Shown here: positions 1 to 11,773 of the stretch, one piece after another
How the letters are laid out: every line of letters begins with the position of its first letter
Numbering within the stretch: position 1 is the first letter of the stretch
Origin: Ranitomeya imitator
Lineage: Eukaryota
DNA: 64,000 bases
NCBI RefSeq assembly: GCF_032444005.1
Contig: NC_091283.1
Location: 791,182,001 to 791,246,000, forward strand
Reading direction: 5' to 3'
Position numbers and translations under genes: made by a program
The notes under the pieces: model-generated
What the model saw: only the letters and a program-made list of their open reading frames with translations
What the model was told of the DNA's origin: nothing
Database searches by the model: none

Positions 1-1262
1 CGAAACCCCTAATTTTGCCACAAAAAACTGGGAAAACTTATTGACTCGAATATAAGCCTAGGGTGGAAAATGCAGCAGCTACTGGTAAATGTCAAAAATA
101 AAAATAGATACCAATAAAAGTAAAATTAATTGAGACATCAGTAGGTTAAGTGTTTTTGAATATCCATATTGAATCAGGAGCCCCATGTAATGCTCCATAC
201 AGTTCATGATGGGCCCCATATAATGTTCCATACAAAATACACCCCATATAATGCTCCATACAGTTCATGATGGGCCCCATAAGATGTTCCATACAAAATA
301 CACCCCATATAATGCTCCATACAGTTTATGATGGCCCCATAAGATGCTCCATACAAAATACGCCCCATATAATGCTCCATACAGTTTATGATGGGCCCCA
401 TAAGATGTTCCATACAAAATACGCCCCATATAATGCTGCACAAATGCGGATTATGACCTCATAAGATGCTTCATACAGACATTTGCCCCATATAATGCTG
501 CGCAAATGCGGATTATGCCCCATAAGATGCTCCATACAGATATCTGCCCCATATAATGCTGCACATGGCCCCATAAGATGCTCCATACAGATATTTGCCC
601 CATAAGATGCTCCATACAGTCATTTGCCCCACATGCTGTTGCTGCAATAAAAAAAAAAAAAAATCACATACTCACCTCTCGTCGCTGAAGCCCCCGGCAC
701 TTGCTGTATTCACCTGCTCCGCATTCCAGAGTCGACCGCCGCTGTGTCTTCCCCGTCCTCCGCACTGACTGTTCAGGCAGGGGGCGGCGCACACTAATCG
801 CGTCACCGCGCCCTCTGACCTGAGCGTCAGTGCAGAGGATGCAGAAGACGCAGCGGCGTCTGGCGACGGTGGAACGGGGAGCAGGTGAATATCGCGCACT
901 GCTTATACTCACCTGCTCCTGGCGCGGTACCTGCATCCCCGGTGCTGACAGCTTCTTCCTGTATTGAGCAGTCACATGGTACCGCTCATTACAGTAATGA
1001 ATATGCGGCTCCACCCCTATGGGAGTGGGGTCCATATTGATTACTGTAATGAGCGGTACCATGTAACCGCTCACTACAGGAAGAGGCTGCCAGCGCTGGG
1101 GAACCAGGGACTGCGCCAGGAGCAGGTGAGTATACTTAGACAGCCGCGACTCCACCTCCCCTGCCGACCCCTGGGTATGACTCTAGTATAAGCCGAGAGG
1201 GGCAATTTCAGCCTAAGAAAATGGGCAGAAATTTTCGGCTTATACTTGAGTATATTACGGTA
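1..1262. mobile_element. Right part of a probable pogo/Tigger-like non-autonomous DNA transposon (left end outside window), containing a minisatellite
   Basis: Ends in TCGGCTTATACTTGAGTATATTACGGTA, the reverse complement of a TACCGTA(A)TATACTC(A/G)AGTATAAGCCGA-type terminus. A related motif occurs near 40-60. The partner TIR and TSD are not visible. Confidence 0.45.
181..625. repeat. Minisatellite, ~30-bp subunits forming ~60-bp units (CCCCATAWRATGYTCCATACA...)
   Basis: Directly visible tandem repeat. It explains the repetitive ORFs 204..443, 267..464 and 386..586. Confidence 0.9.
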
Positions 1263-1502
1263 TTTTGATAATGTTTATATCTATGTATGGGATACTGCTA
1301 TGTCTTTTTTTTTATTGTTTTTTTTTTCCCCTGTTTTTAAGCTGTATAAAATACTGTATAAAATATATGAAGAAACCACCAGCCACACACAAAGCTGTCT
1401 AAAAGTCATACATATGTGCCTACACCATGACTATACCTTGACAGAGTGTGATATGTGCCTTTGAAGTCTAGGGCCACATTTGAGGCCCCCGTACATTATT
1501 AC

Positions 1503-1817
1503 TAGTGATGATCGAATATACTCGTTACTTGAGGTTTCTCTAGCACGCTTGGGTGTCCTCCGAGTATCTTTTAGTGCTCGGAGATTTAGTTTTTATTGCC
1601 GCAGCTGAATGATTTACAGCTATTAGCCAGCATAAGTACATGTGGGGATTCCCTAGCAACCAGGCAACCCCCACATGTACTTATGCTGGCTAACAGATGG
1701 AAATCATTCAGCTGCGGCAATAAAAACGAAAACTCCGAGCACAAAAAAATACTTGGAGGACCCCCGAGCGTGCTCGAGAAATCTTGAGTAACGAGTATAT
1801 TCGCTCGCTCATCACTA
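1503..1817. mobile_element. hAT-type MITE (TAGTGATGAGCGA-family TIR)
   Basis: Starts TAGTGATGATCGA and ends TCGCTCATCACTA. Largely palindromic. 8-bp flanks ATTATTAC/ATTATCAC match 7/8. Confidence 0.8.
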
Positions 1818-2125
1818 ATTATCACTTGTATAGAGCATGGCTTACCTTGGAGCTGCGGTGAGTCAGAACCATACTCTATACAAGTTATACTTAATATTCC
1901 TCTTACAACTTTTCAACATTTGGTTTGTTGGTTCCTTTCTGGTTTCATTGTTCGCATGAAATTCTGCTGCCTCTGTTATAAAGTCAGTGCTTTCCTTTGC
2001 TAGCCATGGCCAGATGTAAAGAACACAGACCTGATTGCATTATGTCTATATAGTATAACGTGACATTTATATTTTATCCTCCATCCATTAATGTGTTGTG
2101 TTTTTTTTCTTTCATTGCTGTGCAG

Positions 2126-2219
2126 GCTTTCGGAATGCCCACTATAGTGGCTCATATAAATCAAAAGCCACAATTGTTTTTTGGATCTGATCGGTATGAA
2201 ATTTTAGCTCATCAGCTGG
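2126..2219 (+). CDS. GSTK1: Glutathione S-transferase kappa 1, penultimate coding exon (AFGMPTIVAHINQKPQLFFGSDRYEILAHQL+G)
   Basis: Polypyrimidine tract and CAG acceptor, GTCAGT donor, 94 nt ending in phase 1. Contains the AFGxP and FGSDR motifs of kappa-class GSTs. Confidence 0.92.
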
Positions 2220-2540
2220 GTCAGTATAATCCGTACTAAGTATCTTTTGCTGTTTTTTTTTTTTTCATCTTGATGTAGTGAATGTACCATGTGATTAAAT
2301 ATATTGCACATGTATGTTTTATTGGCCGGCTTGTCACTCATTGTTCCACTGCTGTATAGCAGCTTTTTACATATTTTACAATATAAATAAACATTATTTT
2401 GCTTCAGATTACCACTATAGCCGCAAGTAAATCACTTTTAAATGTGAAGATATCCTAATAATGTCACTTGTTATAAACATACTCACATACTGTATATGCA
2501 GTGTCTGTATATAAATTGGTCATACAACTACTGCTGTAAC

Positions 2541-2851
2541 TAGTGATGACCGAGTATACTCGTTGCTCATTTTTTCCTGAGCTCGCTCGGGGGTCCTCCG
2601 AGTATTTGTAAGTGCTCGGAGATTTAGTTTTTGTTGACGCAGCTGAATGATTTACATCTGTTAGCCAGGCTGAGAACATGTGGGGATTGCCTGGTTGCTA
2701 GGGAATCCCCACATGTAGTCAAGCTCGCTAATGGCTATAAATCATTTAGCTGCCGCGATGAAAACTAAGTCTCCGAACACTAACAAATACTCGGAGGACA
2801 CCCGAACGAGCTCAGGAAATCTCGAGCGACGAGTATACTCGCTCATCACTA
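2541..2851. mobile_element. hAT-type MITE, same family as 1503-1817 (GSTK1 intron)
   Basis: TIRs TAGTGATGACCGA / TCGCTCATCACTA. Perfect 8-bp TSD GCTGTAAC at 2533-2540 and 2852-2859. Confidence 0.9.
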
Positions 2852-2998
2852 GCTGTAACATAAACCTAAATAAAGATGTTATATCACCCCCTACTGGCAA
2901 TAAGGAAAATTACACCATAGTTAAAATTCCATTATGGCTTTTCAACATGAGTTTAATCACTGCAAGGAGAAATAATCTGTTGTGTGAACTTACCTTAA

Positions 2999-4285
2999 CC
3001 CCTTCATGACCTTGGGATTTTTTCGTTTTTCCGTGTTCGTTTTTCACTCCCCTCCTTCCCAGAGCCATAACTTTTTTATTTTTCCGTCAATTTGGCCATG
3101 TGAGGGCTTATTTTTTGCGGGACGAGTTGTACTTTTGAACGACATCATTGGTTTTACCATGTCGTGTACTAGAAAACGGGAAAAAAATTCCAAGTGCGGT
3201 GAAATTGCAAATAAAGTGCAATTCCACACTTGTTTTTTGTTTGGCTTTTTTGCTAGGTTTACTAAATGCTAAAACTGACTTGACATTATGATTCTCCAGG
3301 TCAGTACGAGTTCATAGACACCTAACATGACTAGGTTATTTGTTACCTAAGTGGTGAAAAAAAATTCCAAACTTTGCTAAAAAAATAAAATAAAATTGCG
3401 CCATTTTCCAATACTCGTAACGTCTCCATTTTTCATGATCTGGGGTCGGTTGAGGGCTTATTTTTTGCATGCCGAGATGACGTTTTTAATGATCGCATTC
3501 TGGTGCAGATACGTTCTTTTGATCGCCTTTTATTGCATTTTAATGCAATGTCGCGGCGACCAAAAAAACGTAATTCTGGCGTTTCGAATTTTTTTCTCGC
3601 TACGCCGTTTAGCGATCAGGTTAATGCTTTTTTTTAATTGATAGATCGGGCGATTCTGAACGCGGCAATACCAAATATGTGTAGATTTGATTTTTTTTTT
3701 TATTGATTTATTTTGATTGGGGCGAAAGGGGGGTGATTTAAACTTCTATATTTTTTTTTATTTTTTTCACTTTTTTTTTTTCACTTTTTTTTTTTACTTT
3801 TGCCATGCTTCAATAGCCTCCATGGGAGGCTAGAAGCAGGCACAGCACGATCGGCTCTGCTACGTAGTAGCGATCTTATGTTCGCTGCTATGTAGCAGAA
3901 AATCAGGTGTGCTGTGAGCGCCGACCACAGGGTGGCGCTCACAGCTACCGGCGATCAGTAACCATAGAGGTCTCAAGGACCTCTATGGTTACCATTCTGA
4001 AGCATCGCCGACCTCCGATCATGTGACGGGGGCCGGCGATGCCGTCATTTCCGGACGCCCGGCCGGATGCGGTAGTTAAATGCCGCTGTCTGCATTTGAC
4101 AGCGGCATTTAACTAGTTAATAGGCGCGGGCAGATCGCGATTCTGTCCGCGCCTATTACAGGCACATGTCAGCTGTTCAAAACAGCTGACATGTCCCGGC
4201 TTTGATGCGGGCTCACCACCGGAGCCTGCATCAAAGCAGGGGATCTGACCTCGGACGTACTATCCCGTCCGAGGTCAGAAAGGGG
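2999..4285. mobile_element. piggyBac-type non-autonomous element in the last GSTK1 intron
   Basis: TTAA on both sides (2995-2998, 4286-4289). Ends CCCCTTCATGACC and GGTCAGAAAGGGG. No transposase ORF. Confidence 0.8.
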
Positions 4286-4328
4286 TTAACACTAGAAAAC
4301 ACTCAATGTCTTTTTCTTTTTTTCCCAG

Positions 4329-4372
4329 GTGAAAAATGGCTGGGTCCTGTGCCACCAAAATCCCACCTGTGA
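4329..4372 (+). CDS. GSTK1: GSTK1 last coding exon (G-EKWLGPVPPKSHL*)
   Basis: T-rich tract and CCCAG acceptor. Phase matches the previous exon. GEKWxGPxP C-terminus of GSTK1; TGA at 4370-4372. Confidence 0.9.
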
Positions 4373-4580
4373 TGACCTCTTGGATCGGAAGTAGTAAAGG
4401 CGGAGATACCAATGTTGTATTACTGGTTTCTACACATATAATGTGCTCTTATAATTCCTCTTACTGTAGTGAATGTATAAGTAAACTGTGCACAGGTTGG
4501 AGTCGCCACCAAAGCTGGATGTTGTTACAAAGATGGACCATAAAGTGTTAAGGACCTATAGCTACCACCTTTTCTGCCTT

Positions 4581-4586
4581 AATAAA
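4581..4586 (+). terminator. Candidate GSTK1 polyadenylation signal AATAAA
   Basis: First AATAAA, ~210 nt after the stop codon. No transcript evidence. Confidence 0.45.
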
Positions 4587-7500
4587 GTCAGTCTATGTAT
4601 TTGCAGTGTCATGGCTTCTCTGTGCCTGTAAAGGTCTGTAAGGTCACATCGCCTTGTTCTGCATGATGAAAATTATTAATACAGTTCATGTGGTTTTGTC
4701 ATAAGTGTGTTTTCATGAAAGAAGATAATTATAATGCCGCATGTATTAAGCGGTTTGCACAGAGTCTTTCCATACTGTCCGACCTGACAACGTTTCCATG
4801 ATCTGCTTCTCCAAGCTGCATATATATTGATTTCCTCTTCACCTCCACTAAGTTGGTTGAATGTATCATAAGGCTAGTTTCCCACAATGAGTTTTTTGTG
4901 GATTTTTTTTTTCTTTGTGTCGCAGCATTTATGCGCCTTAAGTTATTTGCTTTTTTTCCTCTTCATTGCATTTTCGAGTGCACATTTGATACTGCGGTTT
5001 TTGTCTCTTTTTTTGGTATGTCATGTTTATAAATTAAACAGCATCGTTGTGGAGGCTTCCTAGTATTTGGCTTTAACCCCTTTACCCCCAAGGGTGGTTT
5101 GCACGTCAGTGACCAGGCCAATTTTTACAATTCTGACCACTGTCCCTTTATGAGGTTATAACTCTGGAACGCTTCAACGGATCCTGGTGATTGTGACATG
5201 GTTTTCTTGTGACATATTGTACTTCATGCTAGTGGTAAAATTTCTTTGCTGTTACCTGCGTTTATTTGTGAAAAAAAAAACGGAAATATGGCGAAAATTT
5301 AAATCACAGAGATATGTCACACAAAATACTTAATAAGTAACATTTCCCACATGTCCCCTTTACATCAGCACAATTTTGGAACCCAAATTTTTTTTGTTAG
5401 GGAGTTATAAGGGTTCAAAGTTGGCCATCAATTTCTCATTTTTACAACACCATTTTTTTAGGGACCACATCTCATTTGAAGTCACTTTGAGGGGTCTATA
5501 TGATAGAAAATACCCAAGTGTGACACCATTCTAAAAACTGCACCCCTCACTGTGCTCAAAACCACATTCAAGAAGTTTATTAACCCTTCAGGTGTTTCAC
5601 AGGAATTTTTGAAATGTTTAAAAAAAAAAATGAACATTTAACTTTTTTTCACAAAAAATTTACTTCAGCTCCAATTTGTTTTATTTTACCAAGGGTAACA
5701 GGAGAAATTGGACCCCAAAAGTTGTTGTACAATTTGTCCTGAGTACGCGGATACCCCATATGTGGGGGTTTACCATTGTTTGGGCGCATGGCAGAACTCA
5801 GAAGAGAAGGAGCGCCGTTTGACTTTTCAATGTAAAATTGACTGGAATTGAGATGGACACCATGTCGCATTTGGAGAGCCCCTGATGTGCCTAAACATTG
5901 AAACCCCCCATAAGTGACACCATTTTGGAAAGTAGACCCCCTAAGGAACTTGTATAGATGTGTTGTGAGAACTTTGCACCCCCAAGTGTTTCACTACAGT
6001 TTATAAAGTGAAAATAAAAAATCTTTTTTTTTTTTTTCCACAAAAATTATTTTTTAGCCCCCAGTTTTGTATTTTCCCAAGGGTAACAGGGGAAATTGGA
6101 CACCAAAAGTTGTTGTCCAATTTGTCCTGTGTACGCTGATACCTCATATGTGGGGGGGAACCATCGTTTCGGCTCATGGCAGAGCTTGGAAGGGAAGGAG
6201 CTCCGTTTGGAATGCAGACTTAGATGGATTGGTCTGCAGGCATCACATTGCGTTTGCAGAGCCCCTGATGTACCTAAACAGTAGAAACCCCCCACAAGTG
6301 ACCCCATATTGGAAACTAGACCCCCCAAGGAACTTATCTAGATGTGTTGTCAGAACTTTGAACCTACAAGTATTTCACTACAGTTTATAACACAGCGCCG
6401 TGAAAATAAAAAATCTTTTTCTTTTCCACACAAGTTTTTTAGCCCCCGGTTTTGTATTTTCCCAAGGGTAACAGGAGAAATTGGACCCCAAAAGTTGTTG
6501 TCCTATTTGTCCTGAGTACGCTGATACCCCATATATTTGGGTAAACCCCTGTTTGGGCGCACGGGAGAGCTGGGAAGGGAAGGAGCACTGTTTTACTTTT
6601 TCAACGCAGAATTGGCAGGAATTTAGATCGGATGCCATGTTGCTTTCTTTATCGCCTCTCATTGGGGGACACAGGAACCATGGGTGTATGCTGCTGCCAC
6701 TATGAGGCTGACACTACGCAAATAAAAAAGTTAGCTTCTCCTCTGCAGTGTACACCCCACCGACTGGCATTATACTCTTCAGTTTAGCTTAGTGTCAGTA
6801 GGAGGTGGACACGGGTCTTTCATTAGACCCTTATCTACCTCAATGTGCGTCGTTTCTTTTCAGGTTTTTCCGGAGGGATACAGGGTGAACAGTCACACCT
6901 GTAGTCCCACAAGGCGGACTATGAGTACGGCGTGTACTGCCACCCCGTATCCTCATAGATCCCTCTCCAGGACCAAGAGCCTAGCACACAAGCGTGCTCA
7001 GAAGTCCGGTCCTGGCTCCATCCCCCACCCACTTGCCCACCAGAGCCTGTCGGTTGGAGGAGACGAGGACGTCCACCACCAGCTCCCATGGACGTCTGAT
7101 ACCTTCCCCAAGGTTTGAGGTTAGTAACGGACAGCGTGGGATGATTTAGGTGAGTATACTTCCCGGGGGTCCCTTGTTTTCAGTTTTCCAGGCCACTTTT
7201 TTGGCCTGGTCGGCGTGCCTTAATGGGGTCCCAGTACTCAGCAGGGGTCCTCGCAGCACCTTTCCCCATTCTCTGCGCGGTGGTCCGGTCTGGCGCGGCG
7301 GTTTTTCTGCCAGCCGTGCTACCTTTCCTGCACCTAGCACCACCGCGGCCCCCCGGCGGTCGCCTTTTCTTCATAATTCAGGCCCCAGCTTCCTCCGGGG
7401 CCTACTTGCGGCGGCCGTCTTCTCTGACATCAGCCTGCGGCAGCGCCCTCTCCTCTCCCCTTTCTAGGCGGCGGCCTCGCTAGCTGCCGCACCGCTCACC

Positions 7501-8245
7501 TTCCAGCCGATTAGCGCTGGCACCGCGGCCTTTTCCTCCGGTCGCCGGCTCCTACCTCTACTCGGCGGGCTTTTTCCCCGCCGAACATCCCCACCTCGGC
7601 ACGAGGCGTTGCTCCGCCCACCGACGCCATCTTTGTACTCCTGGCACGCACGTCCCTGAAATCGGTGTGCTGCAGGGGCTTACTGGGGGTTCGGATTTAC
7701 CTGGCTGGACTGCTGCACATCCAGAAGGGAAAAGCGTTCCCTCCAACCTTCCCTGAGGGACCACGACCTGGGCTGCGTCTTCCGTCTGCCATTTCGTCAA
7801 CCGTGAGTGGCTCTGCAACTGCAGACTTACCTCTGCTCCCACTGTCCCCTAACCCTCTGACATTCTCTTCAGACCTTTTCCTCAGGTCAGTTCTCTACAC
7901 TCTGTCAGGCCCGATTGTTCCCACCTCCCAGGATCCCCCTGCCGATCCGCCCGAGAGTGATACCCCCATCCCTGGCTGGGCTTCCTCTCTGTCACAATCG
8001 GTGGCCAATCTAACACGGGTTTTTCAAACTCTGGTTTCTGTGCTGGATCGATTATCTCCGCAGACCCCCGCAGTAGCTAGCGGGTCGCAGGAGCCTCCGT
8101 CCGAGCCCTCCATGACAAGCCACAAAGGTCCAGACAGGAACGACGGTCTGAGTCCTCTTCCCGCTCCATCTCGCCACACGGTCCTCCTCTGCGGTCGGCG
8201 TCCTCCCGATCCTCCTCCCCTGAGTCAGGCGAGGCGTTCTCTGAT

Positions 8246-9241
8246 GTGCCCTCGGAGGATATTTCGGAGCTGGATTCTAACCAAATCGCCACCATGAGGG
8301 ATATGGTCCAGAATCTCATTGGAGCTGTAAACCAGACCTGTGGCATCAAGGATCCCTCTACGGAACCCGCAGATCAGGTGGTTTCGTTTAGACGGGCTAA
8401 ATCACCTCCCAAGTTTTTTGCTCCTCATCCTGAATTTGAGGAAATCATGTCCAGAGAGAGCGAATCCGACCAGACGTTTTCAGAGGGGAAAACGCCTGGG
8501 TGTGTTATAACCTTTTTCTCCTGAACTTAGCGCCAATTGGACGGTCTCTCCCGGTGGATCCCCCTGTTTCCAGGCTGTCCACCAACATGGTGCTTCCACT
8601 GTCACACGGAGCATCACTGAAGGATTCTAACGAAAAGAGTTATAGAATCCTTTGCGAAGTCAGCCTTTGAACCGGCTGCAGCGGCTCTATGCCCAGCCTT
8701 TGCTTCCACTTGGGTTTCAAAATCCATTTCCAAATGGGCCAAAGAACTTCGCCGAGATATCCTGGACGGGGCACCTCCCGTGCAACTGGCAGAGCTTGCC
8801 AACCAGATTTCCCACGCTGATGAATATCTGCGTCTTGTGCGGCTCAGGCGTCCAGCAACGCTGTTGCCATCCGCAGGACCGTTTGGGTCAAGGCCTGGCA
8901 GGCGGACTTATCTTCCAAAAAGTCCCCTTACCAGTCTGCCCTTCCAAGGCTCTCGTCTCTTTGGTTCCAAGCTGGACCAAATAATTAAGGACGCCACCGG
9001 GGGTATAAGTTCTCTTCTCCCCCAGGCTAAACCTTGTCGCCCTCCCCCTAGACGGCAATTCCGATCCTTTCTGCCTTTTCGTCGCTTCGCGGCGTCAAAC
9101 TCTCTTTCCCAGCAACAACAGAGGCCACAGGCACGTCAGGAGAAGAAAGCGTCATCCTTTAGGCCCACTCCGTCCTGGTGTCCTCGCTACTCCCAGGGTA
9201 GATCCTCCAGGCCCAGGGCTGGAAGATCCTCCTCGGCATGA
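8246..9241 (+). pseudogene. DIRS-A gag/ORF1 remnant (frameshifted)
   Basis: Fragmented ORFs 8246..8524 and 8780..9241 lie upstream of pol. Similar peptides occur in DIRS-C (ELANQIS; SNAVAIRR). Confidence 0.7.
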
Positions 9242-9272
9242 CTCTCGGCAAGATCCCAGCCCACCTCTCAGG

Positions 9273-10460
9273 TTGGGCGGCCGTCTTCTCTTCTTCAGAG
9301 ACGTGTGGATCTCCGCAGTGGAGGATGCATGGGTCAGGGAAGTTGTATCCCGTGGATACAAGATACACTTTGTTTCTCGACCCCGGGATCGTTTCTTCGA
9401 ATCCCGACCTCCAAGTGATCCCGCTCTAGTTTCGGGTTTCTTCACAGCCAAAGCCGGGGTAATCGTTCCCGTCCCAGAAAAAGAACGGTTCACAGGTTTC
9501 TACTCAAACCTTTTTGTGGTACCGGAAAAAGACGGCAAGGTTCGCCCCATTCTGGACCTCAAATTGCTGAACAGGAGGGTTTGTCTGAGACACTTCGGGA
9601 TGGAATCCCTTTGTTCAGTAATGGCTTCCATGGAGGCTCAGGAATTTCTGTGTTCCACGGATATTCGGGACGCCTACCTCCATGTTCCGATATTCCCGGG
9701 ACATCACCGATACCTGCGCTTTGCAGTGCTTCAGGAACATTTTCAGTTCGTCGCCCTGCCGTTCGGTCTACCAACCGCCCCAAGAGTTTTCACGAAGCTC
9801 ATGGCGGCGCTGTTGGCAGTCTTGAGGGTCAGAGGCCTGGTTCTGTTTCCATACCTCGACGACATGCTCATCAAGGCTCCGTCTTTTTCTCAGGCCCGCC
9901 AAAGCCTGTCGATCGTTCTCGACACCCTAGCCCGCTTCGGCTGGCTGGTCAACCTGAAGAAGTCATGCCTTATTACTTCTCAGCGCATCATATTTCTGGG
10001 CATGCTCTTCGACACTCGTCACACCAAGGTCTTTCTTCCCGAAGACAAGAGATCCATCCTTCGTCGGGACATACGCATGCTCCAAGGCCTTCGGTCTCCC
10101 TCCTTCCTATCGGCCATGAAGATTTTGGGGAGGATGGTAGCAACATTGGAAGCGATTTCTTTCGCCCAGTTTCTCTCGGGACCTCTCCAGCAAGCCATCC
10201 TGTCTCACTGGGAGAGGTCTGTCTTCTACCTGGACCGCCCGATTTGACTTTCTGCCTGGGTCAAACGGTCTCTCAACTGGTGGCTCACGTCACCTCATGT
10301 CTCCCAGGGCAGGTCTTTCCTTCCAGTTCACTGGCAAGTGGTGACGACGGATGCCAGCCTGCTCGGCTGGGGCGCAGTGTTTCGCAACCTGACGGTTTAG
10401 GGCCGTTGGTCGCCGCAGGAGTCAACGTCAATCAATGTCCTCGAGATCCGGGCCATTTTT
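9273..10460 (+). pseudogene. DIRS-A pol (RT and N-half of RNase H), with stops, interrupted by DIRS-B
   Basis: RPILDLK, D-I-R-D-A-Y-L-H-V-P-I, LPFGLPTAPRVFTK and PYLDD RT motifs. RNase H start TTDASLLGWG at ~10345. In-frame stops at ~10245 and ~10398. Confidence 0.9.
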
Positions 10461-10789
10461 CTATTCGCCACGACAGCACCCACTAGAGAGAGGGGATCCG
10501 CCCCTAGGAACAGGAAACCTACAGAGAGATAAAAGGGGCGGCCCCCCCTCGCTCCTCAGTTGGTTTCCTCGATCTGGCCTATGCTTTCCCTCCATGGAAT
10601 CTATTACCTATAGTAATAAGAAAAATAAGGGAGGAGGGCGCAAAAGTTCTTTTGATAGCCCCATTTTGGCCCATGAGGCCATGGTTCTCATGGCTGAGGG
10701 CAATGTCAGTGTCAGATCCATGGATTCTGCCTCAGTCCAAGGACCTGCTCTCTCAAGGTCCATTCCTCCATCCTCAGGCAAAGGGCATG

Positions 10790-11067
10790 AACTTAACTGC
10801 CTAGAGTTTGAGAGGCGGTTACTAAATCTCAGGGGGTTTTCTAATGGGTTAATCGATACTCTTATGAAGAGCAGAAAACCTTCAACTACCAGGATTTATG
10901 TTAGAATTTGGAGGAAATTCCTTCAATTTCATACTACACAATTTTCCTCTGAGATTCCTATATTTGCAATGTTAGAATTTCTACAAAAAGGGCTGGAATT
11001 AGGGCTCTCCGTGAGCACTCTGAAGGTGCAGGTTTCAGCATTAGGAGCTCTTTTTAATCATAACATT
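10790..11067 (+). pseudogene. DIRS-B tyrosine recombinase, N-terminal part
   Basis: SRKPSTTRIYVRIWRKF...LSVSTLKVQVSAL. Cut by the PLE1 insertion at the 14-bp TSD. Confidence 0.85.
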
Positions 11068-11681
11068 TAATACAGGAGAAAAAAAGGAGCTTACAGATAT
11101 AAAGTATAAAAACTACAAAATTTTATTAAGATACTAACAAACACATACTAACAAATACACACATAGAAATAAAATAAGGACACTAAGAACCATCCCTATC
11201 CCCCATCTAATCCAAGGAGTAATGTGATATACACAAACGGTAGAGGAAAAGACCGTGTGCCTATATGGACAATGGGTCAATGTAAGCCATAAACCTCACA
11301 GAAGTACATATGAGGTACAGGATAGCAGCACAAGTAGCGCTGAATAGTACTATCCTAAAAGCGATCCAAAGTCCAGGGCATACTAACAAGAGATCTACCA
11401 GACTGCCAGTAATATAACTGCCACTGGCGTAAGGAAAGCAGTACAGATAATCTCCAGTGGTCCCTCTTACCCCGGTATAGAGATGGATAACGTTAGGCGA
11501 GACCCCCGACACACGTTTCGCTCCAGCGATCTGTTAGCTTTCTCAAGGGGAAGTGTCCGTACTCCACCACAACAAGCCTTATATCCACTGTTTCCGGTCA
11601 CATGAGGAGCACGTGACCCGGAAATCAGCAGGGACTGCCAATACACGGCGCATGCGTCAATAACCCCCGGCGCCGCAACCA
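11068..11681 (-). repeat. PLE1 left inverted repeat (614 bp)
   Basis: Reverse complement of 15117-15730; only one mismatch noticed by eye (11511 vs 15287). Confidence 0.95.
11503..11551 (-). ncRNA. Second copy of the hammerhead-like motif in the inverted repeat
   Basis: Reverse complement of 15247-15295 with one change in the stem III loop (GTGT). Confidence 0.6.
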
Positions 11682-11773
11682 AAGACTTACTAAGAAAAAG
11701 GACTAAGATCTGGTGGAATCATGCTTTTCTAGATAGATATTTACAAAAGGGGTTAATCCCCAGGGGTCTTCGG

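Noticed and set aside
7665-8297. 210-aa ORF as a separate gene
   Set aside because: Pro/Ser-rich low-complexity frame inside DIRS-A ORF1; most likely a frameshifted gag fragment.
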